Source: Nitrospirota bacterium
GTDB lineage: Bacteria > Nitrospirota > UBA9217
Assembly: GCA_963705595.1 (NCBI GenBank)
Contig: CAVPKD010000004.1
Span: 451,111-515,110 of the forward strand
Length of the DNA stretch: 64,000 nt
Direction: 5' to 3'
In this document: positions 12,357-23,094 of the stretch, piece by piece
Layout of the letters: every line of letters starts with the position of its first letter
Numbering within the stretch: position 1 is the stretch's first letter
Position numbers and translations under genes: made by a program
The notes under the pieces: generated by a model
Seen by the model: the letters and a program-made list of their open reading frames with translations, nothing else
What the model was told of the DNA's origin: nothing
Database searches by the model: none

Positions 12357-13898
12357 ATGCTCGAATTAAAACTCCATCAGCTCGATTTTCCGCTGTTGAG
12401 CCTTCTGATCTTCCTTCCCGTGCTCGGCGCGTTCCTGCTGCTGTTCATCAGGAACGCGGCGACGGCGCGGTGGATCGCACTTGCCTTCTCGATCGTCGAG
12501 ACTCGTGCTGTGCGTTCCGCTGCTCCTGAACTTCGACAGCTCCATCCCGCACATGCAGTTCGGCGAGAGCGCTGCCCTGGATCGCGGCATGGAACATCAA
12601 CTACCGGCTCGGTGTCGACGGGATCAGCGTGCTGTTCGTCGCGCTGACCGACGCTCCTCACGATCATCTCCATCATGGTATCCTGGACAGCCATCCAGGA
12701 CCGGGTGCGGGAGTTCATGATCGCCATGTTGTTCCTTGAAGCGGCGATCATCGGCGTGTTCGTCTCACTCGACCTTTTCCTCTTCTATATCTTCTGGGAA
12801 GCCATGCTCATCCCCATGTACCTCCTGATCGGCATCTGGGGCGGCCCCAACCGGCTGTATGCTGCGATCAAGTTCTTTCTGTATACGCTCGTCGGAAGCG
12901 TGCTCATGCTCGTCGCGATCATCGCCGTATACTTTGCAGCAGGCCATACCTTTGACGTGCTCGCGATCATGAACTACAAGTTCAGCTACACGTTCCAGAT
13001 GGTGGCGTTCGCTGCCTTCTTCGCCGCCTTCGCGGTCAAGGTGCCGATGTTCCCGGTCCATACCTGGCTGCCCGACGCCCACGTGGAGGCGCCGACCGCA
13101 GGCAGTATCATCCTCGCCGGCATCCTGATCAAGATGGGTGCCTACGGCTTCCTCCGGTTCTCGCTGCCGTTCTTCCCGGACGCAGCTCTCGCCTGGACGC
13201 CGGCCATCATGGTCCTGTCCGTTATCGCCATCATCTACGGCGCCTACATGGCCTTTGCCCAGACCGACTTCAAGAAACTGATCGCCTATTCCAGCGTGAG
13301 CCACATGGGTTTCGTCACCCTCGGCATCTTCGCCCTGAACCTCCAGGGGCTTGAGGGCGGCATTCTCCAGATGCTGAACCACGGCGTTTCTACGGGCGCG
13401 CTGTTCCTTGCCGTGGGCGTGATCTACGAACGGACCCATACGCGGCTGATCGCCGACTACGGCGGCATCGCGGCCAGGGTGCCGGTCTACGCCACGTTCC
13501 TGCTGATCATTACGCTCTCGTCCATCGGGCTCCCCGGCACGAACGGATTCATCGGCGAATTCACGATCCTGCTCGGCGCATTCCTGCACTACAAGCCCTA
13601 TGCGGTGATCGCCTCGCTCGGCATCATCCTCGGCGCGGGCTACATGCTCTGGCTCTATCAGCGGATAGCCTTCGGCAAGATAACCAACCCGCACAATGAG
13701 CACCTCGCCGACATGAACCTGCGCGAGGTGGCTGCCGCGCTTCCGCTCGTAGTGCTTGTGTTCATCATCGGTCTGTACCCGAACGCGGCGTTCGGTGTGA
13801 TGCACGTCTCGGTATCGAACCTGATACAGCATGTAACTGCCAAGGCCCAGTCCGCTCCGGCTGTCACGCAGATGATCAGCACGGTAATTGGAAATTAA
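12357..13898 (+). pseudogene. nuoM: NADH-quinone oxidoreductase subunit M; frame breaks only in 12480-12680
   Basis: ORF 12675-13898 is intact (LFYIFWEAMLIPMYLLIGIWGGP; VHTWLPDAHVEAPTAGSIILAGILIKMGAYGF). The N-terminal about 100 codons are split between frames. Confidence 0.85.
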
Positions 13899-13913
13899 GG
13901 TAAGGAGAACACG

Positions 13914-15370
13914 ATGCCCAGCATGTTTCAAGAATTCGCACGGTCTATCATGCCCATCAACGCCGAGGTTATCGTTGTTATCACGGCACTCGTGGTGCTT
14001 ATATTCGATTTCTTCCTAGAAAAAGAGAACAAGCAGTATCTCGGATGGTTCAGCCTTTTCGGCATCATCTTCGCGGCAATTGCGACGTATAAACTGATGG
14101 GTGCGAACGGTGCATTCTTCGGCGGAACGTTCCTGCTCGACCCCTTCTCGACGTTCTTCAAGTTCGTTTTCTACATCGCCTGCGGACTTGGGCATCCTCA
14201 TATCCATCAACTACCTGAAAATCGAGGACATCCACCGCGGAGAATACTATGCCCTGTTGCTGTTCGCAACGAGCTGGGATGATGCTCATGGCCTCGGCGG
14301 GCGACCTCATCACCCTGTATCTCGGGCTTGAGCTCATGGCCCTCTCCGTCTATATTCTCGCCGGGTTTATGCGGCGTGACAACCGGTCGAATGAATCGGC
14401 GATCAAGTACCTGCTCCTCGGCGCGTTCTCGTCCGGTATCATGCTCTACGGCATGTCGCTCCTCTACGGGCTCTCGGGCACCACGAACCTGGCGGGGATT
14501 CTCGGATTCCTGCGCGAGGCGGACCTTGCCAATCCGGTCCTGTTCCTGGCCATGATCATGCTGGTCGTGAGCTTCGGGTTCAAAGTCGCTGCGGTGCCGT
14601 TCCATATGTGGGTACCGGACGTGTACGAAGGTGCGCCTACTTCGGTCACGGCGTTCATGTCAGCCGGACCCAAGGTGGCCGGTTTCGCCGTGCTCCTCAG
14701 GGTCTTTACGTACACCCTCGAGCCGCTGCACGCACACTCAACAGCGATCATTTCCGGTCTGGCAGTGCTCACCATGGCCGTGGGCAATATCATGGCCCTG
14801 TCCCAGACGAACATTAAGCGCATGCTAGCGTACTCGTCCATCGCGCATGCAGGGTATGCCCTGGTCGGCCTGGCGGCGGGCGGTCCGGAAGGCGCCGCGA
14901 GCGTCATGCTCTACGTCTGTATCTATGCGCTTATGAACATGGGAGCCTTCGGCGTGGTCATCATGCTCAGGAAGGCCGGTGAGCGGGGTGAGGAGATAGC
15001 GGACTTCGCGGGCCTGGGCAAGACCAATAAGACAGCAGCGTTCCTCATGCTCATCTTCATGTTCTCGCTCACGGGGATACCGCCTATGGCCGGTTTCGTG
15101 GGAAAATTCTATGTCTTCAAGTCCGCAGTCCAGGCCGGGCTCGTGTGGCTTGCGGTGGTGGGCGTGCTGTTCTCTGCCATCAGCGCCTATTTCTACCTCC
15201 GGGTCATCATGATCATGTATATGAACGAGCCCAAGGGCAGCTTTGAGCTGACCACATCGCCGTCCCTTGCGCTTGCGCTTGCGATCTCGGTGACCGCAGT
15301 CATTGTCATCGGTGTGTACCCGACGAACCTTTTAAACTTCGCGCGCGCTTCCATAGCCGGGATCATGTAG
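13914..15370 (+). pseudogene. nuoN: NADH-quinone oxidoreductase subunit N; frame break(s) near 14180-14260
   Basis: ORFs 13914-14282 and 14249-15370 are colinear (FHMWVPDVYEGAPTSVTAFMSAGPKVAGFAVLLR). Confidence 0.85.
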
Positions 15371-15450
15371 GACATCCTTTTATCCCGAGGGCGCAGGGCG
15401 TGGAACAGAATGGCCGGCGTTTCCCTCCTCCGATCGAGTTGTTCTAGAGT

Positions 15451-15482
15451 AGGTCAGGCAGACGCCTGACCTATTTTTTTTG
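15451..15482 (+). terminator. intrinsic terminator closing the nuo operon
   Basis: Perfect 9-bp stem AGGTCAGGC/GCCTGACCT with a 4-nt loop, followed by ATTTTTTTTT. Confidence 0.75.
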
Positions 15483-15573
15483 GCTTGGCATGCCGTGCTG
15501 CGATATCTGAATTCCGCAATATATTATGATCATCCTCATACCACTTCGCTACGTCAGCTGATATACTTATACT

Positions 15574-16275
15574 ATGCGAACCGAAGCCAAAGGCTATTTC
15601 CTGAAGGAATACGGCTCATGGAGCGTCTTGATCGTCGCGTATCTCATCGGCATCGGTGTGAGCAAGGCGTTCACCTGGACGGCGATCCCTCTCTTCGTGG
15701 CCCTCGGTCTGTTGATCAACTCCAAGCAAGCATACACGAAGTGGAGCCGGCGGACGGAAGACAGGAAATCGCTCATTATTTTCATCGGGCACATTGCCGC
15801 AGCCACAATAGTCCTGCTCGCTGTCTTCGGCAGCGACATCCCCATGCTCCTGCCGCTCCTTGTCTTCCCCCTGGCGTACCTCGTTATGAACAAATTTGCA
15901 GGTGAGCACTCTGTCCTCACCGAGGTGCTGGGCTTCACCCTTCTCAGTCTCTCGGCAGTCCTGGCAAAATTCCTGTTGACTGGTGGGGTGGATGTCAGGC
16001 TTTTTGTGGGCACGGCAGTATACTTCACAGCCGGTGTGTTCAAGGTCAAAGCTCTGCTGCTGAAAAAGAAGAAAGACAGGGTTTTAACGATGCTGCATGT
16101 TGTTTTTGCTGCCCTTGTCTACCAACGTATGCACATCCCGGTAATCATACTTCTGCCCCTTGTGGACAATCTCATTGTTTCCGCTTTTTTGTACAAGGTC
16201 AAGCTCCAGACCACCGGTTGGATCGAGGTGGGGAAGAGCCTGATTTTCCTCTTCCTTTTTATATATTACTACTGA
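15574..16275 (+). CDS. polytopic membrane protein, YwiC-like family (tentative)
   Basis: Intact 233-aa hydrophobic ORF. The N-terminal KEYGSWSVLIVAYLIGIG resembles the EHGAW..L..P...G start of YwiC-like proteins (from memory). Confidence 0.6.
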   Translation: MRTEAKGYFLKEYGSWSVLIVAYLIGIGVSKAFTWTAIPLFVALGLLINSKQAYTKWSRRTEDRKSLIIFIGHIAAATIVLLAVFGSDIPMLLPLLVFPLAYLVMNKFAGEHSVLTEVLGFTLLSLSAVLAKFLLTGGVDVRLFVGTAVYFTAGVFKVKALLLKKKKDRVLTMLHVVFAALVYQRMHIPVIILLPLVDNLIVSAFLYKVKLQTTGWIEVGKSLIFLFLFIYYY

Positions 16276-16367
16276 GGTTTCCCATCCCTGTCCTCCAAAT
16301 CCTTTTCATCGCGTTTTTTCCCGAGGCTAAAGTGGTAAAATATAATTAGAAAAGTGGGAGGTGTTAT

Positions 16368-18114
16368 ATGGCGGTCAAAACTCCTGAAATGCACCTTACC
16401 TCCAATGCCCTGACTGTGCTTACCCAGCGGTATTTAAAAAAGGACGAACAGGGCAGAGTGGTTGAATCGGCGGATGAGATGTTCCGTCGGGTTGCGAACA
16501 ACATCGCCCAGGCCGACCTCATGTACGACGGCCATGCTGATATCCGCAGGACCGAGGAAGAATTTTACCGTATCCTCTCGAACCTCGAATTTTTGCCGAA
16601 CTCACCGACCTTGATGAACGCAGGCCGTCCGCTTCAGCAGCTCGCCGCATGCTTTGTCCTGCCCATCGAGGACTCGCTCGAATCCATCTTCGACGGTGTG
16701 AAGAACACGGCCCTGATCCACCAGAGCGGCGGCGGCACGGGATTCTCCTTCAGCAGGCTCCGTCCCAAGGACGATCCGGTGCGCACCACGAGCGGCGTGG
16801 CAAGCGGCCCGGTGTCGTTCATGCGAGTCTTCAATATGGCCACAGAGGTGATCAAGCAGGGCGGCACGCGGCGCGGCGCGAACATGGGCATCATGCGCGT
16901 GGACCATCCGGACATCCTCGATTTCATTTCATGCAAGGCCGACTAATAAAGAACTCTCCAACTTCAACATCTCCGTGGCCGTGACCGAGGACTTCATGCG
17001 TGCCGTCGAAGCCGACGCCGACCTGCCCCTCGTTAATCCCTCCACCCGCAAGGTGGTCAGAAAGTTGAAGGCCAGAGAGGTCTTCGACCGGATCGTGGAG
17101 ATGGCATGGAAGACGGGTGATCCGGGCGTTGTGTTCCTCGACCGGATCAACCGCGACAACCCCACGCCGCAGCTCGGAGACATGGAGAGCACCAACCCCT
17201 GCGGCGAACAGCCGCTCCTTCCGTACGAGCCGTGCAACCTGGGATCGATCAACCTGTCGCTCATGCTCAGGGAGTACGGTGGTCGATCCGAAATAGACTG
17301 GGAAAAGCTGGAACGGACCATCAGGATCGGGGTGCACTTCCTGGACAACGTCATTGACATGAGCCGATATCCTCTTGACCAGATTGACCGTATGGCCAAG
17401 GGCAATCGAAAGATCGGCCTCGGCGTCATGGGTTTTGCCGATATGCTGATCCGGCTCGGGATCCCCTATGATTCGGAAGAAGCGGTCCGGACCGGAGAAA
17501 CGATCATGCAGTTCGTCAAAGAAAAGGGATGGAGGGCTTCCGAGGAACTTGCCCGTGGCCGGGGTGTTTTCCCGAACTACGGGGGGAGCAAATACGATAC
17601 GCCGGGCGGGCCGAGGCTCCGGAACGCCACGGTGACCACGATAGCGCCCACGGGCACGCTTTCGATCATTGCCGGCTGCTCAAGCGGGATCGAGCCCCTC
17701 TTTGCACTGTCGTTTACGCGACACGTGCTCGGAGACGTGGACCTTCCCGAGGTGTACAACTACTTCCTCGAGACGGCGAGAAAACGCGGGTTCTACAGCG
17801 ATCAATTGCTCATGCGCATTACGGCTGGAGAGTCCATCCAGCGGATGGGCGAGGTGCCGGAAGACTTGAAGCGCTTGTTCGTGACCGCTTTTGACATCGC
17901 TCCCGAATGGCATGTACGCATGCAGGCCGCGTTCCAGCGCCATACGGATAATGCGGTGTCCAAAACCATCAACTTTCCGCCCCAAGCCACGAAGGACGAG
18001 GTACGGAAGGCCTTCCTCCTCGCCTACCGGGAAGGGGTGAAGGGTATCACGATCTTCCGGAGCGGGAGCAAGAACATGCAGGTGCTCACCTGCGCCGATC
18101 CCCTGTACTGCTGA
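16368..18114 (+). pseudogene. nrdJ: class II (adenosylcobalamin-dependent) ribonucleotide reductase; one frame break near 16945
   Basis: ORFs 16368-16946 and 16975-18114 are colinear ([11 protein letters not shown]; [13 protein letters not shown]; [15 protein letters not shown]; TNPCGEQPLLPYEPCNLGSINL). C-terminal Cys pair ..LTCADPLYC. Confidence 0.85.
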
Positions 18115-18520
18115 GGTGGGTTCGCAGCTGATGTCCTGTGCTTGATTTCATTTCAGGCCGCCAAGTCCCGTAAGCATGCGGCTTTATGCGGTTTGCATGC
18201 TGCGCCCCATGGCTTTCAGTTGCGTCAGTGTGGGACTTCTTTGCCGTTCCGTTACCTCTTCATTCTTTCCGCGATGAACCCCGTGTTACAGTATTTTCCT
18301 ATGAGGGGAAATCGCACATTATATTTCCTGAAGTGCTCCGACGAAGAGAACCCGCGCCCCTGTTTCGCATAAAGAAGTGAGCCTCCCATCTGTCCCGTGC
18401 TACACCGAATGGCAGATTCCTGCATCGCATGCAATGCGTATGTGATGTAGTAGCGTTCCCGAACAAGAGGGAGTTTGGGGCATTGTCTCCTTGACAGCAG
18501 TGTTATTATAAAAAAGGAGG

Positions 18521-19576
18521 ATGAAAATGATGAAAAGCATAATGGAACCGATATCAAACAGTACCGTTAAGCACGAAGGCCTACAGGCCGCGCAGGCTCC
18601 TTCGCGCCATGACGATGAACTGCTTGACGCATACTCACGTGCGGTCATAACAGCGGCAGATAAGGTCAGCCCGTCGGTCGTGAACATTGAGGTCCGGCAG
18701 CCGGTACAGGGCAGGCAGGCCACGCCGCGCTCTTCCCGGGAAATGCAGGCCAGTGGCTCGGGCTTCATCTTCACGCCCGATGGGTTCATCCTTACGAACA
18801 GCCATGTGGTTCATGGAGCGCAGGGGATCGAGGTCACGCTTCCGGATGGCCGGAGTTATCAGGCCCAGATGGTGGGAGACGACCCTGATACGGATCTGGC
18901 AGTCATCAGGATTCCAGCGCAGGACCTGCTGGCAGTGCATCTCGGCGACTCTCTGAACGTACGCGTGGGGCAGCTTGTCATTGCCATCGGCAACCCCTAT
19001 GGCTTTCAGTGCACAGTTACGGCAGGTGTGGTGAGCGCGCTTGGACGCTCCCTCAGGGCAGGGTCAGGCAGACTTATTGACAGCGTGATCCAGACCGATG
19101 CGGCGCTCAATCCGGGCAATTCAGGCGGGCCGCTGGTTACATCACGCGGAGACGTGGTCGGGGTGAATACCGCGGTGATCATGCCGGCGCAGGGAATCTG
19201 CTTCGCCATCGGAATCAATATCGCAAAGTTCGTAGTGGCAAGCCTGATCAAGGACGGGAAGGTGCGGCGTAGTTACATCGGAGTAGGGGGCCAGAACGTG
19301 CCTCTTGTTCGGCGGATCGTGCGTTTCCATGATCTCTCGGTCGCAAGCGGGGTCATGGTCGTATCGATCGAATCAGACAGCCCGGCACTACGGGCCGGGC
19401 TGCGAGTGGGAGACATAATCGTCGGTTTCGGCGGAGTCGCTGTAGCCGGCATCGATGGGTTGCACAAGCTGCTGACACAGGAGAAGGTCGGGGTGAATTT
19501 CCCGATCGTGGTCATCCGGGGCACGGAAAAGCTGGGACTCAATATCGTTCCCGCGGAAGTCAAAGCGAGATCATAG
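18521..19576 (+). CDS. HtrA/DegP-family S1C serine protease with C-terminal PDZ domain
   Basis: Intact ORF with ILTNSHVV, DLAVIRI and GNSGGPL catalytic-triad contexts plus a PDZ-like tail. The true start is more likely ATG 18527 (6 nt after GGAGG). Confidence 0.85.
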   Translation: MKMMKSIMEPISNSTVKHEGLQAAQAPSRHDDELLDAYSRAVITAADKVSPSVVNIEVRQPVQGRQATPRSSREMQASGSGFIFTPDGFILTNSHVVHGAQGIEVTLPDGRSYQAQMVGDDPDTDLAVIRIPAQDLLAVHLGDSLNVRVGQLVIAIGNPYGFQCTVTAGVVSALGRSLRAGSGRLIDSVIQTDAALNPGNSGGPLVTSRGDVVGVNTAVIMPAQGICFAIGINIAKFVVASLIKDGKVRRSYIGVGGQNVPLVRRIVRFHDLSVASGVMVVSIESDSPALRAGLRVGDIIVGFGGVAVAGIDGLHKLLTQEKVGVNFPIVVIRGTEKLGLNIVPAEVKARS

Positions 19577-19659
19577 CCGTATCGGCTTCTCCGGTGCCTG
19601 GTCGAGAGAAGATATCAGGAAGGAATGACCATAGCTTGAAAGGGTGAAATGGATTACAA

Positions 19660-20925
19660 TCATCCGGTGCATGAGTAAGCGCAAAAGGTTTTCCCCTTGC
19701 GCCGATCCAGTACATTGCTGAAAAAAGGAAGCGCCCAGGTCCCGAGATATTGTTGCAGGTCAGCGGGCTGTGTTTGTCCGGCACTGGCAGATAACGGATT
19801 TTCGGTGATCATGCGTCCGTCCTTGCCTGTGAACACGGGGTAAGTATCTTGAGAGGTCCTATACACAACTGCTTGGTGGGAGCGATCCTCGAGGTTCACC
19901 ATCTTTTCGAAAATAGAGCAGATATCAGGGCCGCTCGTGACCTCTCCGCCGGGACCGATCTGGTGGGGGAGGGGGATGGAAACTTTCTCCTCCCATGGGA
20001 TCCGCAGGGTAGTATTCCTTGCCAGGAAGATTTTCTTCTTTCCCTCGGGGATTTTCAGGAGGTAACAGGGGTCATCGGGAGGCGTAACACCCCCCTGAAT
20101 CTCAGGGTTCAGGGACTTGATCATCTCGTAGGTGCTGTCGGTCCAGTATGCGACGATGCCGAGGTCTATACTTTCCGGGATCACGACCTCGTCATAGCGG
20201 AGCGGCTCGACACCGGGGACCCGGAACCCGTATGCTGCGGGGTCCTTGGCGATAAGGGCCGCTGCCATAAACTTCGGCACATAGCCTTTGGTTTCCCTTC
20301 GGAGATATGCCGACTCCTTCAGGTCCCAGAAGTCTGTGGACCCAGTCCTGAGCATCGCGCGCTGCACCTTTCCCGTGCCAGCATTATATGCCGCAAGCAC
20401 GAGCGGCCAGGAGCCGAAGCGGCTGTGGAGATCCCTGAAATACTGGGCCGCGGCATGGGCCGACTTGATAGGATCTCTTCGCTCATCAACCCACCGGTCG
20501 CTTCTCAGGCCGTACCACCGAGCGGTGTCCGGCATTAACTGCCAGGGTCCTGTGGCCTTTGCCACGGAAACCGCACCGGAATCAAACCCGCTTTCGATCA
20601 TGGCGACATAGGCGAGCTCCTCCGGCAGGTTCTCCTCTCTGAATATTTCTTTCACCGGGTGGAGGTACGGGGCAGAGTTGTCGAGCCACCGCTGGAATGT
20701 GCTTTTCCCACGGGTCCTGAAATATTCGATATATGCCTCCACGCTGTTATTCAGGAGGACCCGGACGTGATATGCTTTCCCTTCGATTGCTTCATCCGTA
20801 GAGGTTGACAGTTCAAAGAGGGGCGGGGATGGGTTTATCGCCGCAGTTACGGAAGCGGAAGGCCCCGCTGCGGCCAGATGTGTTGGGAGTGCGACAAACA
20901 GTATGCCAATGAGCAAGGTCAACAT
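19660..20925 (-). CDS. lytic transglycosylase (SLT-domain, MltD-like), secreted
   Basis: ORF 19660-20961. I prefer the ATG at 20925, which is preceded by AGGAGG. Signal-like LTLLIGILFVALPTHLAAA. SLT motif AMIESGFDSGAVSVAKATGPWQLMPDTA. Confidence 0.8.
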   Translation of the reverse strand: MLTLLIGILFVALPTHLAAAGPSASVTAAINPSPPLFELSTSTDEAIEGKAYHVRVLLNNSVEAYIEYFRTRGKSTFQRWLDNSAPYLHPVKEIFREENLPEELAYVAMIESGFDSGAVSVAKATGPWQLMPDTARWYGLRSDRWVDERRDPIKSAHAAAQYFRDLHSRFGSWPLVLAAYNAGTGKVQRAMLRTGSTDFWDLKESAYLRRETKGYVPKFMAAALIAKDPAAYGFRVPGVEPLRYDEVVIPESIDLGIVAYWTDSTYEMIKSLNPEIQGGVTPPDDPCYLLKIPEGKKKIFLARNTTLRIPWEEKVSIPLPHQIGPGGEVTSGPDICSIFEKMVNLEDRSHQAVVYRTSQDTYPVFTGKDGRMITENPLSASAGQTQPADLQQYLGTWALPFFSNVLDRRKGKTFCAYSCTG

Positions 20926-21258
20926 TTCGCCTCCTGTGCCGCCACGGTAATACGCAAACACAGGCTTCGGCAGATATCCAGATTCCTTCTTCCTCTGGGC
21001 CTTTTCCCACGGCGCAGAGGAAGAAACGAAACACTATGGCATCGGGGGGCGCTGCTGGGTCCGGCATTATATTCCCATGGCCACCTCGCTTTATTCCTCC
21101 GACCATCCGGAAATAGACGCGCATACGTGCGCCTACATCTTTATTCCTATGTTTATAGTTAAGCGCAAAATTCTTTCATGTGTCAAGTAGGCTTTAGTAT
21201 TAACATTGTACAGGCTGACGCAATTTCATGGATGGGGAAATAACCAGTACTGAATAAC

Positions 21259-21297
21259 TGTCATTTCATTGACAAAGAGCCTTTTTGCACTTAATAT
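21259..21297 (+). promoter_or_regulatory. candidate sigma-70 promoter of the crp/fnr gene, overlapped by a TGTCA-N6-TGACA palindrome
   Basis: TTGACA (21269-21274), 17-nt spacer, TAATAT (21292-21297). Inverted repeat TGTCAtttcatTGACA at 21259-21274 overlaps the -35. Confidence 0.4.
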
Positions 21298-21347
21298 CTT
21301 AATATTTAAAAACAACATGCTTCATATGCTGATGCCCGTGTTATTAC

Positions 21348-21980
21348 ATGACAAAAAACGAATTTATCAAGACATTTCACAATTTTAGGAACAGCACTGA
21401 TGAGCTTCTGAGAGAGCTTCTTGCTATCGCCAGGCACCAGGATGTTCCTGCGGGCAAACAGATTTATTCCGAAGGTGATTCCTGTCCGGTCATCGCATTT
21501 GTCAGCTCAGGAGAAATACGGGTGTACAAAACCGGCCAGACCGGACGGGAAATCACCCTGTACGAGATTGGACCAGGAGAGACCTGCATCCTGAACGCAT
21601 CGTGCATCCTGTCCGGGACGTCATATCCTGCGAATGCCGTTACGCTCTCGGATGTGACCATGCTGCTCATTCCTTCTTCGGACTTCCGCAGACTGGTTGA
21701 CAGGCATGAGGAGATGAGGGATTTCGTCTTTGCGCTCCTCAGCCGCCGACTCTCCGGTGTGATGGAACTGGTCGAGGAGGTGGCGTTCGGCAGGATGGAC
21801 GAGCGTCTTCTCGACTACCTCATCGAGAAATCGGAACATGGGAAGCTCGAAACGACGCATCAGAAGATTGCCAATGATCTTGGCACTTCACGCGAAGTCG
21901 TGAGCCGACTGCTAAAGGATCTTGAACGAAAACAAGAGGTTAGGCTCTCGAGAAACTCTATTTCCCTCCTGAATACATAA
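21348..21980 (+). CDS. Crp/Fnr-family transcriptional regulator
   Basis: Intact 210-aa ORF. N-terminal cNMP-binding-like beta-roll (GDSCPVIAFVSSGEIRVYK..GREITLYEIGPGE). C-terminal HTH (THQKIANDLGTSREVVSRLLKDLE). Confidence 0.85.
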   Translation: MTKNEFIKTFHNFRNSTDELLRELLAIARHQDVPAGKQIYSEGDSCPVIAFVSSGEIRVYKTGQTGREITLYEIGPGETCILNASCILSGTSYPANAVTLSDVTMLLIPSSDFRRLVDRHEEMRDFVFALLSRRLSGVMELVEEVAFGRMDERLLDYLIEKSEHGKLETTHQKIANDLGTSREVVSRLLKDLERKQEVRLSRNSISLLNT

Positions 21981-22157
21981 AAAAAAGATATATCCAGGAA
22001 TGCAACAGAAATAAAACGGTTACAAGAAGCACAGTTGTTTCAAGATCTCTTCATCCTGTCGACTCAGATGTAACAGTCCTTACTCCAAGTTAAAAATAGA
22101 ATCCGATTTCCTCCTCTCTTATCCCGTCCTTATTTTTTTTCTGCACTTGGTATGCTC

Positions 22158-22172
22158 TGTGACTAAGTCACA
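22158..22172. promoter_or_regulatory. perfect 7-1-7 palindrome TGTGACTAAGTCACA; candidate Crp/Fnr-type activator site
   Basis: Seen directly. Its centre (22165) lies about 26-31 bp upstream of a -10-like TAGTAT (22191-22196). This resembles class II Crp/Fnr promoters, upstream of the DUF2892 gene. Confidence 0.5.
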
Positions 22173-22266
22173 TACATCCTCCCTCTGTTCTAGTATGCTG
22201 TGATCAATGAAAAGGCGCGGGATGAATGCCCGACGTCAAAAATAGCATTTAAGGAGGATTGGAACA

Positions 22267-22458
22267 TTGAAGAAAAATATCGGTTCATGGGAAAGAACAT
22301 TCAGGATTGTCGCTGGTTTGGTGATTCTCTCGCTCGCTTTTTTAGGGCCTCGATCTCCCTGGGCATACCTCGGGATAGTCCCGTTCCTGACGGGTCTGAT
22401 CGGCTGGTGTCCGCCCTACGCGCTTTTTGGCTTTTCGACGTGCAAAGGGTGCAAATAG
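22267..22458 (+). CDS. DUF2892 (YgaP-like) small membrane protein
   Basis: 63-aa ORF with a TTG start 9 nt after AAGGAGGA. The family-typical GSWERTFRIVAG...GWCPPYALFG signature is present. Confidence 0.8.
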   Translation: MKKNIGSWERTFRIVAGLVILSLAFLGPRSPWAYLGIVPFLTGLIGWCPPYALFGFSTCKGCK

Positions 22459-22514
22459 AAAGGCAAATACTTTAGACAGGAATAACAGGCTTTATGGGAC
22501 TGAATCAGGTTAGA

Positions 22515-22549
22515 GGCGCACCGTCTTGTTGACGGTTCGCCTTTTTTTT
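22515..22549 (+). terminator. intrinsic terminator after the DUF2892 gene
   Basis: Stem GGCGCACCGTC/GACGGTTCGCC (one mismatch), loop TTGTT, then T8. Confidence 0.7.
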
Positions 22550-23094
22550 CAAATGGTGGCATGGCGGAAGGGCTGCGAGGCGAGGGTTTACTACCAGTTT
22601 TCCGACTGCGAAATGATACATGTCCTGATAAGCTGAATCCGAAAATCCGTGCAGTGCGTGGACCGAGTTGCCAAAGCAGCATCCCATGCCCGTACCTCTC
22701 ATGCCTTGGGCCTCGGCACCATATCCGGCACCTCCTGCGGCATAAACCGTTCACGGGACAGGACCGTGAACGTACTCAATCGACCATGCAGTTGCACTTT
22801 GTGGCGACATGATGCTCGGCAGTTATGTCCAATTAGATCGTGACGCCTGAACTGCCTGCATCTCCCTGGACAACATCTTTCTGCTCTTTCGGAACGCGGA
22901 TTTTCTGGCCTGCAACGAGGAGGGCGTCAACTCCGACTGGAGACTTCCCTGATCGACTACCCCGAAGACATTTCATCTCGGCACTGTTACCAAGACAATG
23001 ATTGTCTAAAGGTTGCCGGGATCAACATCCTCTTCATTGTCAATTTTAACTCCCCCGCACCAACTTCTCAATCCATATGGAGCTAACTTTCGGC

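Noticed and set aside
15484-15499. TGGCATGCCGTGCTGC upstream of the YwiC-like gene, considered as a sigma-54 promoter.
   Set aside because: The GC of the -12 element is one base out of register and TTGC is replaced by GCTGC. It is much weaker than the 51514 site.
22416-22754. 112-aa minus-strand ORF (and overlapping 22505-22702) with a Gly/Cys-rich stretch that briefly looked like a peptide precursor.
   Set aside because: It runs straight through the strong + strand terminator at 22515-22549. It has no Shine-Dalgarno or recognisable start context and no homology.
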